From Mycobacterium tuberculosis H37Rv (GTDB lineage Bacteria > Actinomycetota > Actinomycetes > Mycobacteriales > Mycobacteriaceae), in NCBI RefSeq assembly GCF_000195955.2, contig NC_000962.3:1470001-1502000 (forward strand): a stretch of DNA of 32,000 nt. The letters run 5' to 3'. Position 1 is the first letter of the stretch, and the number at the start of each line of letters is the position of its first letter. The translations under genes were made by a program, and so were the position numbers. The notes beneath the pieces were generated by a model. The model did no database searches, was not told where the DNA came from, and saw only the letters and a list, made by a program, of their open reading frames with translations. Below, in pieces: positions 12,514-20,116 of this stretch.

Positions 12514-14217
12514 CTAATCTGTCGGATGCGCCCCACGGTAAATCGTGTGGGTCTGGTGATCGCCCAGTGCACCGCCGACTATGTCGGCCGACTGAGCAGG
12601 CATCTGCAGCTGTTGAACTGGCGACGTCAGCCGGATGGGCTGGTCGTGCCCGCGAAGTGTCACGGTCTCGCCTAAAGACCAACGGGCACATTCGTTTTCA
12701 CTGGCACCGCGCAACGTTTGCGACGACGCCAACAATCGGCTCGGGTATGATTTTGCCAGTTCGCACAGTCGTGCAGCCTCGTTGACCGGTTCGCCGATCA
12801 CGGTGTATTCGAACCGTTCGTGGGCGCCGACATTGCCGGCGACAACCTGACCTGCCGCTACCCCGATGCCGGCTTGGCACTCCGGCATTTCGCTGGCTAG
12901 CCGGTCGGCGATGGCTCGTGCGGTGGCCAGCGCGGCATCTTCGGGATGGCTCAGGCGGTTGGGGGCCCCGAAGACTGCCAGCGAGGCGTCTCCCTGAAAC
13001 TTGTTGACAAGTCCACGGTGATGGTTCACTTCATCGACGATTACCGTGAAGAACCGGTTGAGTAGCATCACGACCTCTGCCGCAGGCCGGCTGGTGACCA
13101 ATTGAGTTGAACCGACGATGTCGACGAAGACGACGGCGACATGGCGCTCTTCGCCGCCCAGTTTTGGTCGCTCGCGTTCGGCTGCTGCGGCGACCTCGCG
13201 ACCGACGTGGCGGCCGAAGAGATCGCGTACGCGTTCGCGCTCGCGCAGGCCCTCGACCATTCTGTTGAAACCACGCTGTAGCTCACCGAGTTCGGTCCCG
13301 TCGAATACGACCAGATCGCCGCTTAGATCGCCCTGCTCTACGCGGTTGAGCGCCTCGCGGACCACGCGCACAGGCGTGGCCGTCAGCCAAGCGAGAATCC
13401 ACATCAGGATGAATCCGAAGATCAACAGTGGTGCCCACAGGATCAGCACTGTGATCATGAATTGATCATTGGAGAGTTCCCAAAACGTATCGTCGAAGAT
13501 GGCGGTGAGGGCGACACCGACATTGGGTACGCCTGAACAGAGCAGCCACACCAGCATGGTTCGGCCCACGATGCCTCGCACCAGCGATCGTGGTGTTGCT
13601 CCCACTTCGAGCGCCTGGGCGGCCATCGGGCGAAGCGCAAACTCGGTTAACAGATAGCAGCTGGTGGCTGCGACAACGCCGATGACGCCCATCGAAAACA
13701 GGAACCGCGGGATAAACAACCGGTTGGCCAGGCCGTAGATTATCGTCCACAACGCTGCGGCGGCGCCCCACAGGAAAAGAACTGCCAACGCCACTCGCAG
13801 TGGGACTAGGAAAGCGCTGCGCGCCTCATCATGGCTGGGGGTGCGTTCCTCGATTGCCCACCGCAACGCTCGAGCCGTTTGCCTGGTGAGCCAGTAGGTG
13901 CCCAGTATGAAGGCGAGCACGCAGTATCCCGGAACGATCCCGAACGACACCCAATGCGGGGCGTCCAAAATCACGCTTGGTTTCGGAAAGGCGACCGTCA
14001 GTAGCATGGCACCGACAATGAGCCCGATCACGTTCGTGACCAAAATGGCGACGGTCAGCATGCCCTGGATACGTACCCGCCGCATCCGTGGGCTCTCCGA
14101 CACGCGCCCAAGCAGCCATGAGCCGTATGCGGGCGTCTCTGGCCGTCGTCCAGTGCGCGGGCTGAGAGTCTCGACGGCCCCTGGCAAGTGTCGAGTGGTG
14201 GCCTTCTCGGATGGCAT
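12514..14217 (-). CDS. Membrane HAMP-domain class III adenylate cyclase (paralog 3 of 3), with aberrant C-terminal tail
   Basis: 567 aa; same architecture, VVFVDIVGSTQLV, NKFQGDA, GNVGAHERFEYTVIGEPVNEAARL; the tail ...SPVQQLQMPAQSADIVGGALGDHQTHTIYRGAHPTD is absent from the two paralogs. Confidence 0.94.
   Translation of the reverse strand: MPSEKATTRHLPGAVETLSPRTGRRPETPAYGSWLLGRVSESPRMRRVRIQGMLTVAILVTNVIGLIVGAMLLTVAFPKPSVILDAPHWVSFGIVPGYCVLAFILGTYWLTRQTARALRWAIEERTPSHDEARSAFLVPLRVALAVLFLWGAAAALWTIIYGLANRLFIPRFLFSMGVIGVVAATSCYLLTEFALRPMAAQALEVGATPRSLVRGIVGRTMLVWLLCSGVPNVGVALTAIFDDTFWELSNDQFMITVLILWAPLLIFGFILMWILAWLTATPVRVVREALNRVEQGDLSGDLVVFDGTELGELQRGFNRMVEGLRERERVRDLFGRHVGREVAAAAERERPKLGGEERHVAVVFVDIVGSTQLVTSRPAAEVVMLLNRFFTVIVDEVNHHRGLVNKFQGDASLAVFGAPNRLSHPEDAALATARAIADRLASEMPECQAGIGVAAGQVVAGNVGAHERFEYTVIGEPVNEAARLCELAKSYPSRLLASSQTLRGASENECARWSLGETVTLRGHDQPIRLTSPVQQLQMPAQSADIVGGALGDHQTHTIYRGAHPTD
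12541..12606 (+). pseudogene. Decayed 5' fragment of nucS (duplication relic), antisense within the 3' end of cyclase paralog 3
   Basis: Reading NRVGLVIAQCTADYVGRLSRHL versus nuc[23 protein letters not shown]: 16/22 aa, 52/66 nt identical by hand count over 14282-14347; start codon position is GTA. Confidence 0.85.
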
Positions 14218-14278
14218 GGTGACGTCAGCGTAGTGTGTCGGTCACGCTCTAAGGAACAACGTCGTTGCGCGCTCTAAG

Positions 14279-14959
14279 GTGAGTCGGGTGCGTCTAGTCA
14301 TCGCCCAGTGCACTGTCGACTACATCGGCCGGCTCACCGCGCATCTGCCGTCCGCGCGCCGGCTGTTGCTGTTCAAGGCCGACGGATCGGTCAGCGTACA
14401 TGCTGACGACCGCGCCTACAAGCCGTTGAACTGGATGAGTCCGCCGTGCTGGTTGACCGAAGAGTCCGGCGGCCAGGCGCCAGTGTGGGTGGTCGAGAAC
14501 AAGGCCGGCGAGCAGCTGCGCATCACTATCGAAGGAATCGAGCACGACAGTAGCCACGAGCTGGGCGTGGACCCCGGGCTGGTCAAGGACGGCGTCGAGG
14601 CCCACTTGCAGGCGTTGCTCGCCGAGCACATCCAATTGCTGGGCGAAGGGTACACGCTGGTCCGCCGCGAGTACATGACCGCGATCGGACCCGTCGACCT
14701 GCTGTGCAGCGACGAACGAGGTGGCTCGGTCGCGGTGGAAATCAAGCGGCGTGGCGAGATCGACGGCGTGGAGCAGCTGACCCGCTACCTCGAGTTGCTC
14801 AACCGCGACAGTGTGCTCGCGCCGGTCAAGGGGGTGTTTGCCGCTCAACAGATCAAGCCGCAGGCTCGGATTCTGGCCACCGACCGCGGGATCCGTTGTT
14901 TGACATTGGATTACGACACAATGCGCGGGATGGATAGCGGCGAGTACCGGCTGTTCTGA
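14279..14959 (+). CDS. nucS: Mismatch-specific endonuclease NucS/EndoMS
   Basis: 226 aa, [59 protein letters not shown]...; RecB-like nuclease motif [38 protein letters not shown]. Confidence 0.96.
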   Translation: MSRVRLVIAQCTVDYIGRLTAHLPSARRLLLFKADGSVSVHADDRAYKPLNWMSPPCWLTEESGGQAPVWVVENKAGEQLRITIEGIEHDSSHELGVDPGLVKDGVEAHLQALLAEHIQLLGEGYTLVRREYMTAIGPVDLLCSDERGGSVAVEIKRRGEIDGVEQLTRYLELLNRDSVLAPVKGVFAAQQIKPQARILATDRGIRCLTLDYDTMRGMDSGEYRLF

Positions 14960-14981
14960 GTTGCGCGATTAAACTGATGCG

Positions 14982-15278
14982 ATGGCTCGGCGCCGCAAAC
15001 CGCTGCACCGGCAGCGGCCGGAACCGCCGTCGTGGGCCCTGCGCCGAGTGGAAGCGGGGCCCGATGGCCACGAGTATGAAGTACGACCGGTCGCTGCGGC
15101 CCGCGCCGTCAAGACCTATCGCTGTCCGGGGTGTGATCACGAAATCCGTTCCGGTACTGCACATGTGGTAGTGTGGCCGACTGACTTGCCGCAAGCCGGC
15201 GTCGATGACCGGCGTCACTGGCACACCCCGTGCTGGGCGAACCGAGCAACCCGCGGTCCGACTCGAAAATGGACCTAG
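14982..15278 (+). CDS. Conserved small protein with Cys/His cluster (possible zinc-binding/HNH-like)
   Basis: 98 aa, ...KTYRCPGCDHEIRSGTAHVVVWPTDLPQAGVDDRRHWHTPCWANRAT...; CPGC...HxHxxCW pattern; starts 22 bp after nucS stop. Confidence 0.85.
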   Translation: MARRRKPLHRQRPEPPSWALRRVEAGPDGHEYEVRPVAAARAVKTYRCPGCDHEIRSGTAHVVVWPTDLPQAGVDDRRHWHTPCWANRATRGPTRKWT

Positions 15279-15312
15279 GCTTTTGGCGGCTGGTGCGCCC
15301 TGCTGGTGCGCC

Positions 15313-15771
15313 TTAGGGGGCCGGCTCCACCAACTCGATCAGAACCCCGCCGGCGTCTTTCGGGTGGATGAAGTTGATCCGTGAGTTCGCGGTGCCACGC
15401 CTGGCCGTCTCGTAGACCAGCCGGACGCCCTGGGAGCGCAGCCGCCGACACATGGCGTCAAGATCGCTGACCCGGCACGCCAGCTGTTGGATGCCTGGCC
15501 CGCGCTTGTCCAGGAACTTCGCTATCACCGAGGATTCGTCGAGCGGGGCCATCAACTGGATTTGCGCCGCGGAGCCCGGCACCGCCAGCAGTGCCTCGCG
15601 GATGCCCTGATCGTCGTTGATTTCCTCGTGGACCAGGATCATGCCAAGGTGGTCGTGATACCACTCGATGGCAACGTCCAGGTCGGCGACCGCAATACCG
15701 ACGTGATCGAGTCCAGTTACCAACGAGGTAGCCAGCATGTGACGGGCGTGGACTTGATCGGTCGTCATCAC
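15313..15771 (-). CDS. Methylmalonyl-CoA epimerase (glyoxalase/VOC fold)
   Basis: (V)MTTDQVHARHMLATSLVTGLDHVGIAVADLDVAIEWYHDHLGMILVHEEINDDQGIREALL...GVLIELVEPAP. GTG at 15771 or ATG at 15768 are both possible; the 362 aa track ORF is over-extended into fadA4. Confidence 0.92.
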   Translation of the reverse strand: MMTTDQVHARHMLATSLVTGLDHVGIAVADLDVAIEWYHDHLGMILVHEEINDDQGIREALLAVPGSAAQIQLMAPLDESSVIAKFLDKRGPGIQQLACRVSDLDAMCRRLRSQGVRLVYETARRGTANSRINFIHPKDAGGVLIELVEPAP

Positions 15772-15861
15772 ACAACGGTAACCTGAAGGGAAAGAATCTG
15801 CTTCTCCGGGTCGGTCAGATCGGCTTTCGGGTGCGCTGAGGAGGTAGTCATAACGACATCG

Positions 15862-17031
15862 GTGATTGTTGCTGGCGCGCGTACACCCATCGGCAAGTTG
15901 ATGGGCTCCCTGAAGGATTTCAGCGCCAGCGAGCTGGGTGCCATCGCCATTAAGGGCGCCCTGGAGAAGGCCAACGTGCCGGCGTCCTTGGTCGAGTACG
16001 TGATCATGGGCCAGGTGTTGACCGCGGGTGCCGGGCAAATGCCCGCACGGCAGGCGGCAGTGGCGGCCGGCATCGGTTGGGATGTCCCTGCGCTGACGAT
16101 CAACAAGATGTGCCTGTCCGGCATCGACGCAATCGCGCTGGCTGATCAACTCATTCGGGCCAGAGAGTTCGACGTGGTGGTGGCCGGCGGTCAGGAGTCG
16201 ATGACGAAGGCGCCCCACCTGTTGATGAATAGCCGGTCGGGTTACAAGTACGGCGACGTTACGGTTTTGGACCACATGGCCTACGACGGTCTGCACGACG
16301 TGTTCACCGATCAGCCGATGGGCGCGCTCACCGAGCAACGCAACGACGTCGACATGTTCACCCGCTCCGAACAGGACGAGTACGCGGCTGCGTCCCACCA
16401 AAAGGCGGCCGCGGCATGGAAGGACGGCGTATTCGCCGACGAGGTGATCCCGGTGAACATCCCGCAGCGCACGGGCGATCCACTGCAGTTCACCGAGGAC
16501 GAGGGGATCCGCGCCAACACCACCGCCGCCGCGCTGGCCGGTCTGAAGCCGGCGTTCCGTGGCGACGGCACCATCACCGCCGGGTCGGCGTCACAGATCT
16601 CCGACGGTGCGGCCGCGGTGGTGGTCATGAACCAGGAAAAGGCCCAGGAACTGGGGCTGACCTGGCTAGCCGAGATCGGCGCCCACGGTGTGGTGGCCGG
16701 GCCGGATTCCACACTGCAATCGCAGCCGGCCAACGCGATCAACAAGGCGCTGGATCGCGAGGGCATCTCGGTGGACCAGCTCGACGTGGTGGAGATCAAC
16801 GAGGCGTTCGCTGCGGTGGCATTGGCCTCGATACGCGAACTCGGGCTGAACCCCCAGATCGTCAACGTCAACGGTGGTGCGATTGCCGTCGGGCATCCCC
16901 TCGGCATGTCAGGGACGCGAATCACGCTACATGCGGCGCTGCAGTTGGCACGCCGGGGATCGGGCGTCGGGGTTGCCGCATTGTGCGGGGCTGGCGGGCA
17001 GGGCGACGCACTGATATTGCGGGCCGGATAG
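15862..17031 (+). CDS. fadA4: Acetyl-CoA acetyltransferase (thiolase)
   Basis: 389 aa, [26 protein letters not shown]...; catalytic motifs [52 protein letters not shown]. Confidence 0.96.
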
Positions 17032-17160
17032 CGGTTGAGGGGTCGGTGGCGGCCAGTGTGATCTTGGTCATACCAACCGATCGCGGTATGTCGGCTCCTG
17101 CCGCAGGGTCGGCGCCACCGGGTGGATCGATGACCGCAGCGGCATGACAGACTTGACGGC

Positions 17161-18075
17161 GTGACGCGTCCGCGACCCCCGCTCGGGCCGGCCATGGCCG
17201 GTGCTGTTGACCTCTCCGGCATCAAACAACGTGCCCAGCAAAACGCTGCGGCGAGCACGGATGCCGACCGGGCACTGTCGACGCCGTCCGGTGTGACCGA
17301 GATCACCGAGGCGAACTTCGAGGACGAGGTGATCGTCCGGTCCGACGAAGTGCCGGTGGTGGTGTTGCTGTGGTCACCCCGCAGCGAGGTATGCGTCGAC
17401 TTGCTTGACACGCTGTCCGGCTTGGCCGCTGCCGCTAAGGGCAAGTGGTCGCTGGCGTCGGTTAACGTTGACGTCGCACCCAGGGTGGCACAGATATTCG
17501 GCGTCCAAGCGGTTCCGACCGTGGTGGCCTTGGCTGCGGGACAGCCGATCTCGAGCTTCCAGGGCCTCCAGCCCGCGGACCAACTGAGTCGCTGGGTGGA
17601 TTCCCTGTTGTCTGCGACAGCCGGAAAGCTCAAGGGCGCAGCGAGTTCCGAGGAGTCCACCGAAGTCGATCCAGCGGTGGCACAGGCGCGCCAGCAGCTC
17701 GAGGATGGCGACTTTGTTGCCGCGCGCAAGTCATATCAGGCGATTTTGGATGCCAACCCAGGAAGCGTCGAAGCCAAGGCGGCCATCCGCCAGATCGAAT
17801 TCCTCATCCGCGCAACCGCACAACGGCCCGACGCCGTCTCGGTCGCCGACAGCTTGTCGGATGACATCGACGCCGCGTTTGCGGCAGCCGACGTGCAAGT
17901 CCTCAACCAGGATGTGAGTGCGGCCTTCGAGCGCCTGATCGCGTTGGTGCGTCGGACATCTGGAGAAGAGCGCACCCGGGTGCGCACCCGGCTGATCGAG
18001 CTGTTCGAGCTGTTCGACCCCGCCGATCCCGAGGTCGTGGCCGGTCGGCGCAACCTCGCCAACGCGCTGTACTGA
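17161..18075 (+). CDS. Thioredoxin-like protein with TPR-like C-terminus (YbbN/CnoX family)
   Basis: 304 aa; VVVLLWSPRSEVCVDLLDTL...VNVDVAPRVAQIFGVQAVPTVVALAAGQPISSFQG, followed by QQLEDGDFVAARKSYQAILDANPGSVEAKAAIRQIEF TPR-like repeat. Confidence 0.9.
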   Translation: MTRPRPPLGPAMAGAVDLSGIKQRAQQNAAASTDADRALSTPSGVTEITEANFEDEVIVRSDEVPVVVLLWSPRSEVCVDLLDTLSGLAAAAKGKWSLASVNVDVAPRVAQIFGVQAVPTVVALAAGQPISSFQGLQPADQLSRWVDSLLSATAGKLKGAASSEESTEVDPAVAQARQQLEDGDFVAARKSYQAILDANPGSVEAKAAIRQIEFLIRATAQRPDAVSVADSLSDDIDAAFAAADVQVLNQDVSAAFERLIALVRRTSGEERTRVRTRLIELFELFDPADPEVVAGRRNLANALY

Positions 18076-18084
18076 GGCCGGCTG

Positions 18085-18144
18085 GCGAGCAGACGCAGAA
18101 TCGCCTAAACCCGCACGGGTTTAGGCGATTCTGCGTCTGCTCGC
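18085..18144. repeat. Perfect palindrome, 29-nt arms and 2-nt centre, between convergent genes (likely bidirectional transcription end element)
   Basis: GCGAGCAGACGCAGAATCGCCTAAACCCG (18085-18113) CA CGGGTTTAGGCGATTCTGCGTCTGCTCGC (18116-18144). Confidence 0.95.
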
Positions 18145-18153
18145 GCTGGGCGG

Positions 18154-19965
18154 CTACGACAACCCGGGTGATCCGTTCAGGCCGAGCAGCCCGGCGGTGC
18201 CGCCGGCGCCACCCTTACCCGGCGCACTGCCGACTCCGCCGTTTCCGCCGTTGCCTCCATTGCCGATCAGGGTGGCGTTGCCGCCGGAGCCGCCGACACC
18301 GCCGTTTGCCACCACGCTTGCGCCGCCGGCGCCGCCGTCGCCGCCGTTGCCGACCATCCCGGCCTTGCCACCCTTGCCGCCGTTCCCCCCGTCGCCGGCG
18401 ATGCCGAGTCCGCCGGCGCCGCCGGCGCCGCCATCGCCGTTGAGCAGGCCGGCGTTGCCGCCGGCCCCACCGTCGCCGGCGGTCTCGCCGAACCCGCCGG
18501 CTCCGCCGGCCCCGCCCGCACCCGAGAGCCCGGCGGCGTTGCCGCCGGCCCCGCCGGCCCCCCCGACCGACCCGAATTCGATGCCAGTCCCGCCGGCGCC
18601 ACCAGCGCCGCCGTCACCGATCAACCCGCCGGTGCCGCCGGTGCCGCCGCTACCGGCCGCGCCCCGGACGCTGTCGCCGCCGGTACCGCCGGCGCCGCCG
18701 TCGCCGATCAGCTTGGCGGCCCCGCCGCTGCCACCGGACCCGCCGATGCCGCCGGCCATTTGGTCCGCACTGGAGGCGCCGAACCCTCCGGTGCCCCCGG
18801 CGCCGCCGGGACCGAACAGTGCGCCGGCACCGCCGATGCCGCCGACGCCTCCTTTGCCGCCGGTGCCGCCGGGGTCGGGCGCGCCGAGACCGGTTCCGCC
18901 GGTGCCGCCAATGCCGCCAGCGCCGAAGAGGATGCCGGCGTTGCCGCCCGCCCCGCCGGCCCCGCCCTCACCGCCCACGAGTTGGTTACCGGTGCCAGTT
19001 CCGCCGGTGCCGCCGGTCCCGCCGTTGCCGGTGAAGATGCCGCCGTCGCCTCCGGTGCCGCCGTTCCCTCCGGCCGAGCCGGAGACTCCGAACCCGCCGG
19101 CGCCGCCGGCACCGCCATTGGAGAACAGCCCGCCGCCCCCGCCGGTGCCGCCGGTGCCACCGGTGCCCCCGTTGACGCTCAACCCGCCGGTGCCGCCGGC
19201 ACCGCCGGCGGCCAACACCTCGAACAGCCCGCTGCGACCGCCGGCCCCGCCGGCGCCACCGTTGAAGCCTGGCCCGCCGGCCCCGCCGATGCCACCGGCT
19301 CCGAACAGCCCGGCCGCCCCGCCGTCGCCGCCGAGCCCGCCTGTGCCGGTGTTCCCGACTCCGCCGGGCCCACCGGCGCCGCCGGAGCCGAACAGCAGCC
19401 CGCCGGCCCCGCCGGCCCCGCCAGCCGCGCCGTTGCCCGGGCCGTCACCCCCGGCCCCACCCGCCCCGCCGTTGCCGAATAGCCCCGCGGCTCCACCTGG
19501 GCCGCCGGCCTGGCCGGGCGCCCCGGACCCGCCGGCCCCGCCGTTGCCGTACAGCAGCCCGCCGGCCCCGCCGGCTTGCCCGGTCCCCGGTGCGCCGTTG
19601 GCGCCGTTGCCGATCAGCGGACGCCCCAGCAACAGCTGGGTGGGCGTGTTCACAATGTTGAGCAGGCCCTCCAACGGCGCCGCGGCGGCGGCCTCAGCGC
19701 TCGCGTACGCGCCAGCGCCCGCAGTAAAGGTTTGAACGAACTGGGCATGAAACGCCGACATCTGAGCGCTCACCGCCTGATAGGCCTGGCCATGCGCGGC
19801 GAACAGCGACGCGATGGCCGCCGACACCTCATCAGCACCGGCTGCCAGAAGTTCCGTCGTCGGGCCCAATGCCGCGGCGTTGGCGGCCCCCAGCGTCGAC
19901 CCGATGTTCGCCAAATCCGAAGCGGCCCTCACCAGCGTCTCGGGAGCGGCGATTACAAACGACAT
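18154..19965 (-). CDS. PE_PGRS family protein
   Basis: 603 aa; PE domain [63 protein letters not shown] followed by extended GGAGG/GGX repeats. Order suggests PE_PGRS24. Confidence 0.97.
   Translation of the reverse strand: MSFVIAAPETLVRAASDLANIGSTLGAANAAALGPTTELLAAGADEVSAAIASLFAAHGQAYQAVSAQMSAFHAQFVQTFTAGAGAYASAEAAAAAPLEGLLNIVNTPTQLLLGRPLIGNGANGAPGTGQAGGAGGLLYGNGGAGGSGAPGQAGGPGGAAGLFGNGGAGGAGGDGPGNGAAGGAGGAGGLLFGSGGAGGPGGVGNTGTGGLGGDGGAAGLFGAGGIGGAGGPGFNGGAGGAGGRSGLFEVLAAGGAGGTGGLSVNGGTGGTGGTGGGGGLFSNGGAGGAGGFGVSGSAGGNGGTGGDGGIFTGNGGTGGTGGTGTGNQLVGGEGGAGGAGGNAGILFGAGGIGGTGGTGLGAPDPGGTGGKGGVGGIGGAGALFGPGGAGGTGGFGASSADQMAGGIGGSGGSGGAAKLIGDGGAGGTGGDSVRGAAGSGGTGGTGGLIGDGGAGGAGGTGIEFGSVGGAGGAGGNAAGLSGAGGAGGAGGFGETAGDGGAGGNAGLLNGDGGAGGAGGLGIAGDGGNGGKGGKAGMVGNGGDGGAGGASVVANGGVGGSGGNATLIGNGGNGGNGGVGSAPGKGGAGGTAGLLGLNGSPGLS
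18160..19610 (-). repeat. PGRS imperfect GC-rich coding repeat tract (Gly-Gly-Ala/Gly-Gly-X)
   Basis: Dense tandem GGNGGN-type codon pairs on the reverse strand over about 1.4 kb; boundaries approximate. Confidence 0.9.
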
Positions 19966-20116
19966 GCTTTCCTCCGATCAGCTGTGCGTCGAGTATCCAG
20001 CTCGAGTTAGCACAGGGTAGCGCTATCGCTTAGCCTTTCTGATCAATCTCGGAGTGCAGTGTGCAGAGTGCATCGAATCGGCTCATCAGGCATGTGCAAT
20101 CTGCTCATGGCAGGCG

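Noticed and set aside
15772-16401. Upstream extension of the epimerase ORF (362 aa)
   Set aside because: Extension is antisense to fadA4; VOC-fold homology begins near 15771/15768.
16311-17729. 472 aa - strand ORF
   Set aside because: Antisense to fadA4 and the YbbN-like gene; no domain signature.
18160-19610. Possible CRISPR or minisatellite-like array
   Set aside because: No conserved repeat/unique spacer periodicity; repeats are coding PGRS motifs of a PE_PGRS protein.
18197-19735. 512 aa + strand ORF, Pro/Ala rich (PPAPPAPP...)
   Set aside because: Exact antisense of the PGRS repeat tract; an open frame is expected from GGNGGN codon bias on the other strand.
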